Assembly: GCF_009914755.1 (NCBI RefSeq)
Contig: NC_060932.1
DNA from: the human T2T-CHM13v2.0 reference genome, Homo sapiens
Direction: 5' to 3' (one strand)
DNA length: 64,000 bases
How positions within the stretch are numbered: position 1 is the first letter of the stretch; each line of letters begins with the position of its first letter. The notes beneath the pieces are model-generated. The model made no database searches. It was not told the origin of the DNA and was given only the letters and a program-made list of their open reading frames with translations. Positions 41,301 through 53,779 of the stretch are shown piece after piece. Both the position numbers and the translations under genes were made by a program.

Positions 41301-42001
41301 TTTACAGATTGGTTCTGTTCCAGAGTGCTTCTTCAACATATAGCCGGGCTTGCATTGAGCCCATGGTGAAAGTTGAGAATTTTCTTAGGTACTATCTAAG
41401 CATGTGTCTTACTCTGGACATGCATATGTCCTTCTAAATTTCACAATATACTTTTGTATGTTCCAATTTCCCAAAGAAATGTTCCCAGTTTTTGCTCCTT
41501 AAGCATCCTTGAGCATTCTGTTTTATGGTTCATCTGTCATCTTTTCCCTTGGGAGTCTATGAATTGTTAGTTTGGCATGCAAGTATTGTTTTTGAGCAGT
41601 ACTTGCTGCTTTTCCAGCCTGAGTTTCAAGGTTGGAATAACAGAGATCAGCACCTTCAAGTAGCCTCCAAATATGTTAAAACATACATACACAACAATTT
41701 GTAAGTAGGGTCATCTCTGCTTCCTCCAGAAACAGAGGCTAGGGTCTCACAATGGGAATGAGGGTTTCTGTCTACAGGGAGAGGCAAGGGCAAGTAAAAA
41801 TGCCAAAATGGTTTCCTATTATTTTTGAAGTCGCCTTTTATTTTTTTTTTTTGACTTAGTGTTTACTTGGCTATTGTAAACAGTTTTCCCATTTTCAGTG
41901 TTCTGACAATGTTGGTTCTGTCAATTCTGCCGGTTTTTCAATGTTTCAGTTTGAGGATGAGAGCTTATAATTGGTTACTTTGCAATTTTGTTAACATCAC
42001 T
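38303..42001 (-). mobile_element. L1M (L1MB/MC-age) 5' half: ORF2 EN region, ORF1 and 5'UTR, interrupted by an LTR
   Basis: Antisense EN motifs (CTGGAGAATGTT..ATGTGCACTT.AGAAGAATGTGTATTCTG), ORF1-like 40135-41000, 5' terminus-like GCAATTTTGTTAACATCACT. Confidence 0.8.
39588..40129 (-). mobile_element. Solo ERVL LTR (MER74-like)
   Basis: TG...CA termini (TGTTTTAAAATG ... CATGGTTAATACA). Degenerate 5-bp TSD ATAGG/GCAGG; the host L1 reads through when the LTR is removed. Confidence 0.75.
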
Positions 42002-42629
42002 ACCGTTTGTTTTTATAACCAGTATTTACAACTTTGATTGTCTTTGTAACACAACATGAACATCTCAACTTTTATTTGAAGATATTAACACATTAGGTAT
42101 ACTGACAAACAATATATTGTCCTAAATTTCCTTGATTCTGTCATAATTTTAGTGCTTCATCACTTCATTTTTCTTTTAGCCTTTTTCTGTATGAGCTTTG
42201 GGCTATTATTTTTTAGTTCTTTTTTTCTTGTTATTTTATAAATTATACATTTTATTTGAATACTACTATTTATTACTTTTGAATTTTCAAAAAACATTCC
42301 TTAACTTTCTTTTATGTACTTATGAAGGTAAAACTGGAATGATATCTTTTGAACTTCCTCAATATAAAACAAGTATGTTTCATTGTTTCCTTGTTCTCCA
42401 ATACCAAGTATAATATAAAGGGTTTTTTAGGGGGAAAAAACACCTTTTTTGCTAGTATAACATGAAATTCCAAAACCAGAGAATTGTTATTGAATTATTT
42501 CAAAGCATATACATATTATTTTTAATAATAATTTATACAATGACGTTAATTCTTAGAACCCATAATTACAACTTTTTAGACTTGACTCTGGACTGCAGTT
42601 TCCAGTTTCCACCATCAATCTTTACATAC

Positions 42630-42971
42630 TGCCTTAGTCAGTTTGGGCTGCTGTAACAGAATACCATAGCATAGGTGGCTCAAACAACAAACATATATTT
42701 CTCACTGTTCTGGGGACCAGTCTAAGATCAGGATGTGAGCAGGGTCAGGTTCTTGATGAGGGCCCTCTTCCTGATTCAGATTGCCACTTTCTTGCTGCAT
42801 CCTCACATGACGAAGAGAGAGAGCTGTAGTCTCTTCACCCCCTTATAAGCTCTAACCCCAGGACCTCTTCCAAACATAATTACCTTCCAAAAGTTCCACC
42901 TCCAAATACCATCTCACTGGGGATTAGGAATTCAATATGTGGAGTTGGGGAGAAAAATTTAGTCCACAGTA
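42630..42971 (-). mobile_element. MLT1A-like MaLR LTR
   Basis: CTTAGTCAGTTTGGGCTGCTGTAACAGAATACCATAG...CCAAATACCATC..ACTGGGGATTAGG. Confidence 0.85.
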
Positions 42972-42999
42972 TATGTCATACATTTCCACTTCATGATTT

Positions 43000-43800
43000 T
43001 TATTTTGATACAATTCTCAGTTGGTGAAGTATGTCTACAAGTAATTTTGTTTTAATATATGCAGGTAAATATCATCTTTTCATTAAAGTCATGTTTATTT
43101 TCTACATACTTAAATAGTAATTTAGCTCACTATAAAATTTCTGGGTCACAACATTACTCTCTCAAAATTCTGGAGATAATACAAACTCCATTATTTTCTG
43201 GAAATTGGTAATCAGGCCAGAATTCCTTTTATTTCTCTTTGGATAGCCTCTTTTTTCTGTCTAATTTTAATTTTTCTTTATTCTGGTAATTGAAAACTTT
43301 AGCTGGACTATATCTAGGTGGAAGCCTTTTTTCATTAATATTTCCTGGACTATAATAAATACTCTGACCTAGATAAACATTTTTTCATAGTGTCTGGGAG
43401 GTCTTTTCAATTATGCACAAGTATGTCTATGTTCATTGTTCTGAATTCTTGCTCAAGAATACCTATAATTTCTAAGTTGGATTACTCTTCTCTGTCTTTT
43501 ATATCATTTATTCTTTTCCTTCTCCTCTGCTTTCTGGAAGATTTTCTTAATTTTTTCATATCACAACTTAATTTTCACATCATTTCATTTCTTTTCTTTA
43601 CTAAATTGATAAAGATTTTGATTATGTCATTCTATATTACTATTTAACAGTCCTTGTATATTGTACTCTAATCTGTTTTATTTTTATTTTTCATGAATCT
43701 TATTGTGCTCTGTTTCATTTTAACCTCACTCTAAGTAATGGGTCTTTGCAGTTTGACTACCTGGTTTTCATTTCTATTTTTTTAAACAAAGGATCCTGAT
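43000..43800 (-). mobile_element. Old L1ME/HAL1-like fragment
   Basis: T-rich antisense ORF1-like sequence (ATAGTAATTTAGCTCACTATAAAATTTCTGGGTCACA...). Confidence 0.5.
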
Positions 43801-43869
43801 TTATCTTGGGAATTTACTCTAGTCTTTGTGACCTGGCAAGTCTCAGAGAAATACAGGAGTCTTGAGCTA

Positions 43870-44276
43870 AAGCCAATCAGCTAGATGATCTCCAGCCGCA
43901 GTGACTGTTTCCAGGAAGCACACATGACCCAGTCAGCCAATGAGGCCACAAGAGAATGTGCTGGCTGAGGGGCGGCTGCTCTGTTTCTACAGGGACATAA
44001 CCTGAAAGTGTGGCTGATGTTTCTGTAGCCATCTTTCTCCTCTAAAGGAGAATCTTTTCTGAGGATAGAACACAGATAAAGGAAGAGGGCTCTCCTCTTC
44101 AAGACATAGACAGTGAGAAATCAGTTTATGAGAATCCTACTTGTGCCCCTCCAGACTATAAAGCCAGTATACCCCTGAATGCTTTGTTTAGGGGAGTTAC
44201 TTAATTCCATTTTTGCTCTAACCATTTTCTAATTAGACTTTCTGTCAATGTCAAACAAAGAATTCTAACCAGTACA
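43870..44276 (+). mobile_element. MLT1J/K-like LTR
   Basis: CACATGACCCAGTCAGCCAATGAG...GTAGCCATCTT... ending TTTCTGTC...AAAGAATTCTAACCAGTACA. Confidence 0.65.
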
Positions 44277-44533
44277 ACCCATTCTCTTCTTGTTGCTTTC
44301 AGGACTTGTTTCTTAGAGGTCATATATTTTTTTCCTCCTATTGATGGATATTCCACTAGAAGGCATCCCAAATAGTCTTATGCTTCTCATGATAAAACAT
44401 TTTAGGAGCTTTGCTGTTCCACTGAGTCTTCAGGATAACGTTCCCACTTCTACATACCAGAAAAGCTGAAGGAATTTTTTTCAATATATTTCTGGAGAGA
44501 TCTGGTCAATGTATAAATTTCCCTTGGTCCCAC

Positions 44534-45196
44534 TGAAAGGTGAAGCCAGCTGAGCTTCTGGGTTGGGTGGGGACTTGGAGAACATTTGTGTTTAGCTAAA
44601 GGATTGTAAATGCACCAATCAGCACTCTGTGTCTAGCTAAAGGATTGTAAACACACCAATCAGCACTCTGTAAAATGGACCAATCAGTGCTCTGTAAAAT
44701 GGACCAATCAGCAGGACATGGGCGGAACCAAATAAAGGAATAAAAGCTGGCCACCCCAGCCAGCAGTGGCAACCTGCTCAGGTGCCCTTCCGTGCTGTGG
44801 AAGCTTTGTTCTTTCGCTCTTCACAATAAATCTTGTTGCTGCTCACTCTTTGGGTCTGCACCACCTTTATGAGCTGTAACACTCACCGTGAGGGTCTGCA
44901 GCTTCATCCCTGAAGTCAGCAAGACCACGAATCCACTGGGAGTAACAAACAACTCCAGACATGCCACCTTTAAGAGCTGTAACACTCACTGAGAAGGTCT
45001 GCAGCTTGACTCCTGAAGTCAGCAAGACCACGAACCCACCGGAAGGAAGAAACTCTGGACACATCTGAACAGCTGAAGGAACAAACTCCGGCCACACCAT
45101 CTTTAAGAGCTATAACACTCACTGCGGAGGTCCGCGGCTTCATTCTTAAAGTCAGTGAGACCAAGAACCCACCAGAAGGAATAAATTCCAGGCAAA
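44534..45196 (+). mobile_element. Solo LTR12 (ERV9 LTR)
   Basis: TGAAAGGTGAAGCCAGCTG start; tandem CTAGCTAAAGGATTGTAAA.CACCAATCAGCACTCTG units; AATAAA at 44825-44830; three GCT(G/A)TAACACTCAC U5 repeats; near-TSD CCAC/CAAC. Confidence 0.95.
44600..44760 (+). promoter_or_regulatory. LTR12 U3 promoter module
   Basis: CCAAT at 44615, 44656, 44680 and 44704; GC box GGGCGG at 44720-44725; TATA-like AATAAAA at 44739-44745. Confidence 0.6.
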
Positions 45197-47016
45197 CAAC
45201 CTCAGAGATTAATTAGTGCAATTCCCAGCTGAATTCCCAGTGTGCAGCAGCATTCATCCAGGGCTGCACTGAAAAAGGACCTCCACTCTCTATTTGGAAC
45301 ATTTGCTTTGCACAGTCTTGGAATAGCTCTGCTTTCCAGCTAGAACTTTTATTAACCCATGTGCCCTCTGAGCAGAATAGTGTGGCTATAGCAGAGGGGT
45401 CAAGAATGACCCTCACATTCAATAATCCATGAATGTAACCTGTAGGACAAGAGGAGAGGATACCCCTTGTAATTTAGCTGTCGTACCACATGTACCAAGT
45501 ACATGTGAGGCTTTCATAAGTTTTGTGTTGTGGTTTTTTAAGCAAAAAAAAAAAAAAAAAAAAACAATTGAGGATATTCTTTGAGACACTTAGGCCCCAG
45601 TGTTGTTGAGAAATCTGAGACACTCTCAGTACACCTAGTCATATTTGGGGAAACCTCGTGCTTTCAAAGCTCCCTATGTTGTTTCCCTCCTTCCTTCCCC
45701 ACTCATTATGTGTTCCATATATGAAGGCTGTAGTATGAATAAAGACCAAGATAATTCTAGTTGTCTCCAAACACTCAATACAATTCCCTAATCCCCTCTT
45801 TTTCCATTAAGTTTGATAGAAGTCTGTTTTGACATTCATGCATTTGGTTACTGAAGCCTTTTTAAAATAACACATTTTTTACATAGACTAGCCTCTACTC
45901 TGATGAAATATATGAAAAAATTATTTCCATGCATAAACTCCTTTTAGTGCCAAGGCTTTTTTTTAAATCAGCCCTCACTATAACTCTTGGCATATAGGAA
46001 GTCTAGTCCTCAAGTGAGGGGACATCTACCAGGCCTTCCCCACAAGCTATTCCATATTGCTGGACTGAGGCTAATGAACAAAGCAAGTGCCAGTTGGGGA
46101 GGAGGAGGACACTATTCTGCCCTCACTCAGTAGCTAATGTATTTCTTGTTTGTTTTGTTTTTGTTTGTGGACGTTGTTGATGTTGCTGTTGCTACTTTAG
46201 ACATACCAGGCCCTGCCAGGGTCCCTGACACAGATGCAGTCATAGAGTGGAAGGGAGAGAGAAATCATGTTTCTAGTCATTTCAAGGAAAGTGAAACTCC
46301 TTTGTTTCATAAGGCTAAGAATATATCACAGCCTGCTTTAATTTTTTCATTATATAGCTACATCTGCTTTATTGAAAATTCTACCCAAATTCTAGTCATA
46401 TTTCTCTGCCTGCCTTAATTTTCTGTGGAATTCTGAGTTTTCACATTTTGCATTGTTTCCTAAGTATTGTACTGAGAGCTTACGAGGCTGCAAGTCAGAA
46501 GTCATTTTAAAACATTAGTCTGATTTATACCTTAAATATCAAAGATAACCCTGAAAATTTGCTGTGAAATAGAGAGGCTCATATCAGGAAATTCTGTTTG
46601 TGGCAACTCTACAATGATACAGTAAGTGACATCCAGGAATAGAATGTCTACTCCATAACCTCACAGGCATTTCACCTGTGGAATAAAGTCTTGGCATAGG
46701 TCAGAAGAAAGGAGTTTTAACATCGCCTTTTACCTTCTGAAGGTTGGATTATTCACATCATGAATGCTTCCCCCAGCTCACCTTCACTTGCAGCTAGCCT
46801 GAAGAAAAGTCTGCACTGTTCTTTCATTCCAGTCAGTCTGAAGCACATTAGAGAAAAGTTCCACTGCTTGCCCTATGTGACTGGTGTTATTACATTTCCC
46901 ATCTCCCAAGCTCCACAGCCACTTATGTTGAGAGGTTTAAAAGATTTGTTGAGGGAAATGGAGGTCAGAAGTCTTAGGAACATAATAGCAGGTTTAAAAC
47001 CATTTGCAGGACCATT

Positions 47017-47062
47017 TAGTATCACAGAAATGTTCCAACTAGTATCACAGAAATGTTCCAAC
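47017..47062. repeat. Perfect 23-bp tandem duplication
   Basis: TAGTATCACAGAAATGTTCCAAC twice (47017-47039, 47040-47062). Confidence 0.95.
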
Positions 47063-48204
47063 ATTAGAAGGCATAGTAATAAATGAAACTATTTACAGAA
47101 ATGCCCCAGATTATAAGATTATACTAATAAATGAAACGATATGAATACATAGAATAGGCTACCAATAGCTTCTAGGGAGCTAAAAGTCTGCAAGAAATAA
47201 ATGTTTCTATGGCCTCATATTTCTGCCTGATATTTTATTACGTTCAGAATCGTCAATTGCTCTTGCTTTAGCTTTTGGCATCTGCAAGTAAGTCTACTTT
47301 TATGGATAGTGCTCAAGTGTTAATGGTGATTATGACTAATGAAAAGCATAAATGTTTAAAAATTTGGAAGTTGTGCCAGGATCAACATTAGGGTTTTCTA
47401 TTAGCACAATTGAGGTAGATTTTATGTTCATAATTTAATCAAAAACCATTGCTCTCTTTTCCTTTACCATAAAGCTGATTGAAAATTTGATGCTGTCTGA
47501 CATAAAAAAACACTTCACATTACAGTGTCTTTCTATTCAGTAACCTATGTGCTCTTTTGGTGCTTACCAAGGTTACATAAGGCTTTTCTGCCTTAGGACT
47601 ATTTTTCTGTTACTCATAAAGTTAGCCTCTATAAATCTCCAGGGCTAAAGAAGTAAGTTCTTAAGTGACTTAGCAAAATGAGGTAAATATAGAACATTGC
47701 TCTTGCCTTTTTCACAGACCTAAAGTTGAAAGTATTGCTCTTAAGATAGTTATTGAAAATGTTTAATTCTGTTGAAGATGATATCTACATACAATGCTCT
47801 AATATAACTGACAGGAGAATTTTATGAAAATAAAAATTAATATAAGATGTAAATGTTGGTGGAGAAAAATAAACAGGGACTGAAACAAGGCCCTAGCAGC
47901 AGCTGATTTTGTCTTATTACCTTTTGCCAACTGCCCAGAAGCTGAGGCAGGGGAGGTAGAGAAAAGAAACATGTTAAACTAAATTAAAGGTTAAAGGTTA
48001 AAGTGCAAAAGCCCCCAGAATTTTGTATTTTTTAGAGGCCATGAGGTGAGCCTGCAGCTCCAGACCTGCATACAGCCCAGACCAATGGCAGCCAGAGCAC
48101 TCTGTTGGCATGTGACTACCCCAAAGGACCTGCAATGAATGGCATTCTCTTAGTCACTAGATAACACCTAGAAATACAACGCGGGGCTCTACTAAGTAAT
48201 ACTA

Positions 48205-48430
48205 GTGTGCTGTCTATTAAGCACTCACTAGGGGGCCAGTTACTGTGCGTCTTAGTCTAAACTCATTATCTCATTGAGTAGGCATGACTTACTGGGGTAG
48301 GTATTATTATATTATTCCTGTTTTACAGAGAACACATCTGAGTTTGGCAGAATTAATTGCTTTCCTCAAGTCACTAACCTCATAAGCATGAGAGTTGGGA
48401 ACTGGATCTCAAGGCTTTGTCTTAACCAGC
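48205..48430 (-). mobile_element. MIR
   Basis: GGTAGGTATTATT...CCTGTTTTACAGA...CTCAAGTCAC...GAGAGTTGGGA. Confidence 0.7.
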
Positions 48431-49174
48431 TAGGCTGCACCAGAATCAGAGAATCAGACCTTTGATGATTCTCCACGGCCACCATGATTTCCAATGATTT
48501 TGCCAATAATACTAACCAAACTCTCCCCAAATACAGTGACACATTTTAAGGGACAAAATGAAGGATTGGAAAGACACCAGCTTAAGCAAGAAACTCAGCC
48601 CCATTCTGTCTGAAACAGACGGGAACACAGAGATCACAGAGAGTTTATTGTCAAATATTTATTAAACCAGTATTGTGTGCTCATTTCTATGCTAAACCTT
48701 ATCAGATTATAGGAGAGATTCTGGTTACTACTGTCAAGGAATAAACTGTTTCTGCGTAAACTAAAGAAAGTGATGTATTTGCTTAACTGCAGGGCTCTAT
48801 GTTGAATGAGTAGACATATTTCTCCTGTCAAATAAAAGGTAAGAAATGGGTAATAAAGACTTGTTTATTGTGGGTGGAAGTATATGGAACTGATCAACCT
48901 GAGTTGGCTCAAACATCACTGAGTTAAGCGGATGAGATAAATGGGCAGAACCACCAAGCAATACAGGATCACATATCATCAAATAACATGTAGAATGGCC
49001 AGGCAGTGGGGGAAAGAGGGCTGACATAGGTATAGCTTTCTTGTAGGAATATTTTGTTTGGACACTAAGTTATAGGCAAAGGGGAAAAAAAAATCCCTAA
49101 AATTTGGTACAATGACTGAGCCAAATAGTCAGATGGTGTTTGTGGCACTGGTTCATTAGAAATTGAGATATGAG

Positions 49175-49556
<382 letters not shown>

Positions 49557-49634
49557 CTACACAGTTATAAGTACTACAGTCTAAAACTCCCTGGCCAAGT
49601 ATTGGTGGTATCACTGGTTATAGCATAGAAGTAA

Positions 49635-50121
49635 TGTATTCGTTGCCTAGAGTTGCCACAACAAAGTATCAAGAACTACGTAGCTGAGAATAAAAGAAAT
49701 GTATTTACCCACAGTTCTGGATGCTGGAAGTCTAAAATCAAGGTGTCGTCAGGCTCTGCACCCTCTGAAGTCTGTAGAAGAGAGATCCTTCCTTGCTCTT
49801 TTCAGCTTCTGGTCACCTCAGACATTTCTTGGCTTGTGGCAGCATCGCTTCAGTCTTCACGTGGCTGTCATCTCCCTATGTCTCTTCACACAGCCCTCTC
49901 TTTGTGAAGACAGCAATAAAATGGAATATCTTTCCCAAGACCAAATTTCTCCTTTTTATAAGGACACCAGTTATATGTATTAAAGTCTGCCCTAATGACC
50001 TCATTTAAACATGTTTACCTCTGTAAAGACCCTATATCTGTGTAAAGTCACATTCTAAGCTACTACAGATTAAGATTTAAATGGATCTTTTTGGGAGGAG
50101 GGCACAGTTTAACCCTCAAAA
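49635..50121 (-). mobile_element. MLT1B/C-like LTR
   Basis: CACAGTTCTGGATGCTGGAAGTCTAAAATCAAGGTGTC...TATAAGGACACCAGT...AATGACCTCATTT. Confidence 0.85.
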
Positions 50122-50639
50122 GCACCTACCCACTCTACTGAGTTTCCAGCAAGGCTCAGTCAAGGCATTACAGTTAATTGATGAGAAGTTCTTTTAGACA
50201 CTCATCTTGAAGACTGGGAATAAGGATAACACTAGTTCTTGGGAGACAGCACAGGATATACCAGTCACTCACTGGGACCACAGTGTCCGCCTCAGACGTC
50301 CCCAACTACTTGCTTTTCTAATGACCCCATGCCCTCTCTGAGCCAGTCCCTGAAGGGACATTTTTATACACGTGAGACAGATTGCTGAGTATCAACTAGC
50401 AAGAAAGGCTAATGCACATTCTTGGTTGTTTTTGAATGATTTACTCCATTACACTAATAAAGCAATAGAAATCTAAACCTAGTCAAATGTAAATATGAAA
50501 TCAAATTGCACAATACAGCTAAGAAAACCTCTGACTAGAGGACCAAAGAGAGCATAGCTGTTTCCAAAGGCTGATTAACATTGAAGGCTGATTATTAATA
50601 ATAATCCCATGATGAAAATGTCAGAAATGCAAAGGTTCA

Positions 50640-50900
50640 CACAGACCAATAATAGTCCTATCATTATTTATAACAGCAAAAAATTAAAACCCAAATGGCC
50701 AACAATTAGGAATTGGCTAAATAAACTGTGGTATATTTTTTAGATGATGGGATCTTATGCACCCATATTAAAAGTGCATTGTCAACAAATATTTCATGGT
50801 AAAAGAAATGCTAAGCCAATGTTACTTAAAAGTTCAAAACCAGCATATTTAATATGACCTTAGTTTTGCAAACACTTACTTAATACACATTCATATTATT
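50640..50900 (+). mobile_element. L1ME 3' fragment
   Basis: CATTATTTATAACAGCAAAAAATT...CCAACAATTAGGAATTGGCTAAATAAACTGTGGTATAT. Confidence 0.55.
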
Positions 50901-51759
50901 TACATACCCACTAAAGAAACTAGGAGAAAACATACATATCATACATCAAAATACATATTTACATGTATATTTTTACAATATATTTTATATCTAAACGTAT
51001 ATAGATAAATGTATCTATTTATTTCTTCATAGTGCTGTTTTCTAATTCACACAAAGTCACCTCTGTGCCTGCAGAGGCCCAGGCACCAAGGAAATAAACC
51101 TGTCCATGAGTAGCAGGGCCCCGCACCCCAGGCTAGAAATGGGGCAGGACCCCAGGTTCACAAGACTAGACTCGCAGGACTCTGCTTCCAGAGACAGGGT
51201 TTAAAATAGAGCTGTAATCCCAGAAAAGACCATTATACTAGCTGAGTAATTAATAGACTTAGGAAAAATGCTGCCTGCTTTATGTTTAAAGTCAGCTTGT
51301 GGAGAGCAGAGCGGGGATGGCAGGTGCCAGCTGCCCATCCAACGTTCCTGGAGGCAGGGGCTCAAGCAGAGAAACTCAGGTGGAAAATTTAGGAGCCCAG
51401 TGAGCAGTCCTAGGCCAATCCCTTCAGTTCTGTTTGAGGGACAGGTTTTGAATGGACAAGGGTTAAGGTGGGAGAGAAGATGGAGGCTGCCGATCCACTT
51501 CCTGTCGTAAGCCAACTGAGCTCAGGAATTGGAAGTGGTGCCCCAGAAATCACAAGTGAGGCCACCAGGGGCCCAGCTGTGAATTGTGGTGCCAGGCAGA
51601 GTCTGAAAAATCAGGCAGGGGCTGGTCCTCACAGAAAGCGGAGTTTCCTGTGACAATTGCAACTTTGCAAATTAACAAAGTTGGAAGGAGAATTCATGAC
51701 AAATAGTCCAGCTTTAGGCATAAAGCTGAACCCGAAGGCAATCCTGAAAGGATGATTGG

Positions 51760-51847
51760 AGGTCACGCCACTGCACTCCAGCCTGGGTGACTGAGCGAGA
51801 TTCTGTCTTAAAAACAAACAAACAAAAAACAAAAACAAAAACAAAAA
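51760..51847 (+). mobile_element. Severely 5'-truncated Alu
   Basis: Only the last ~50 bp of Alu plus an (AAAC)n tail. Perfect 13-bp TSD AAAGGATGATTGG at 51747-51759 and 51848-51860. Confidence 0.93.
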
Positions 51848-52459
51848 AAAGGATGATTGGCCACTGGCACTCAGTCTCCTCTCTGGTGCCTTTGAAACCC
51901 TGTAAACGCATTTTAGCATCCGCCAGGTAGGCTTTGCCAAGACACTTAATGGAGTGTCACAGCAGGTTGTTTTACTGCCATCTGCCAAAAGACTTCTGTA
52001 GCAAACATAGACATTGACTTTGTGATATTTTCCTAGGGTTTTTCAGTGCGCAACCTCCTCAGCCTTATGAGGCAACCCTCACTAAAGACATTGATATCCA
52101 GCTACATCCTCTACACCTCGCTGCCTACCTGATGAATGCCCAGTGCTGATGGTTTCCAGAACTGAGTCCCAGGCTGCCCTGGACGTCTGGACTCACTCCT
52201 AGAGCCCATGTGTCTCCAACTGTCAAGACTCTTACTCTCCAGCCCACCCCGTTGCCAATGCCCATGTCCAAGTTATGAGAGTGAGTTTTCTCACTCTGAA
52301 ACCCATTTACCCAACACCTATTTAATGAGCAGTTTCTTTGTTTCAAACCCTGCTGGATCTCAGGGATGCAGAGACAAGTAGGACTCACTCCATTCCACTA
52401 AGTACCTGGCAGGTTTTGGACCCCAGTCATTATGTTGCAAGTTCTCTATACAAATATCA

Positions 52460-52975
52460 GCTTATTCTGAAGAGCTTTCCCAACAACCTCTCTGAAATGT
52501 CTAAAACTCTAACCCTCCTACCATTCTTAACCAGCTTGATTTTGTTTTATTGCATTTATCACTATCCGATATGCTATCAATGTATTATCAGCCCCCTATG
52601 AGAATGTAATTCTATGATGATGGGATACATGTTTCCTTCATTGCTGTATCCTTTGCACACAGAGCAGAGTCGGACAAATAGGAGGCACTCAAAGAATGTA
52701 TGATGACTGAATGAGTGGATTTAATTAATCATAGGATAGACAATGGTATTTTCTGGACACACACGGTAGGAGACTTAGGACAGAGGAGAGAGAAGGCAGG
52801 CAAAGGGAGACTCCGAAGTCATCACACTGCACTGAGTATTGCATCTTCTAGCATTTTTGTCTATCTAACCCCTCCCTACACTGTCTTGAGGACACGGAAC
52901 ATGTCTAATTCATCTTTATAACCCCAGCATCTAGCCCAGTGTTTATTCCTTAGATTCTAATGAATATTAGTTGCC
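52460..52975 (+). mobile_element. L2 3' fragments (two pieces, ~52460-52715 and ~52850-52975)
   Basis: GAATGTAATTCTATGA...TTCATTGCTGTATCC...ATAGGAGGCACTCAAAGAATG...TGAATGAG; CTTTATAACCCCAGCATCTAGCCCAGTG. Confidence 0.65.
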
Positions 52976-53137
52976 TACTTGGCCTTGTTCTAGTTGGGTA
53001 TAAATTTGAAATACGAATTACGTAGTTTATGAAACCAATAATTTTATTTCATAATTTCTTCCTTATCTCATAGAAGCACTTTCTAAATAGAAAGTTTCTT
53101 TCCACTGAAAGCTTAGAATGAAAAGAACATCCAGATA

Positions 53138-53285
53138 CTGATTGAGCATCTCGAATCCAAAAATCTGAATTCAAAATATCCCAATAAGCATTTCCTTTGA
53201 GTGTCATGTCAGCACTCAAAAGCTTTGGATTTTGAAGTATTTTGAATTTCAGATTCCAGATTTTCAGGTTAAAATGCTCAACCTG
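53138..53285. mobile_element. Tigger4a/MER46-like MITE (shortened)
   Basis: TA-flanked TIRs CTGATTGAGCAT / ATGCTCAACCTG and a palindromic interior. Confidence 0.85.
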
Positions 53286-53416
53286 TATATGGCATCATGG
53301 TTCCAAATAAAAATAAGCACCAATAAATTTGAAGGAATACCTAGTTTCCAGAAAACTTTGATTTAGATTTTATCCTCACTTTGTTTTCTGTTCTTTTCTC
53401 TTGCTTGTGTACAAAT

Positions 53417-53779
53417 TCTCTTAGTCTGTTCAGGCTGCTATAACAAAGTACTATAGACTGGGTGGCTTATTAAAAAATATTATTTCTCACAGTCCTGGAG
53501 GCTAGAAGTCTGAGATCAGGGTACCAGCATGGTCAGGTTCTGGTAAGGGTCTTTCTCTGAGTTGAAGATTGCTGGCTTCTCACTGTGTGTTCACATGGTG
53601 TAAAGAGGACAAGAGAGTGCTAGGGGGTCCCTTTCATAAGGGCATTTATCCCATTCCTGAGGGCTCTACTTTCATGACCTAATCACCTCCTAAAGGCCCT
53701 ACGTCCTCATATCATCACGTTGGGTATTAAGATTTCAACATGTAAAGTTGGGAGGCCCACAAACATTTAGTCTATCACA
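53417..53779 (-). mobile_element. MLT1A1/MST-like MaLR LTR
   Basis: CTTAGTCTGTTCAGGCTGCTATAACAAAGTAC.ATAGACTGGGTGGCTTA...CATGACCTAATCACCTCC...AAACATTTAGTCTATCACA. Confidence 0.88.

Noticed and set aside
44580-45170. Regularly spaced repeats resembling a repeat-spacer array
   Set aside because: These are the known U3 and U5 tandem units of LTR12, and the spacers are themselves homologous.
48223-48240. CTCF-like TCACTAGGGGGCCAG (also CCACCAGGGGCCC near 51562)
   Set aside because: Mismatches at informative positions; a motif alone is not enough evidence.
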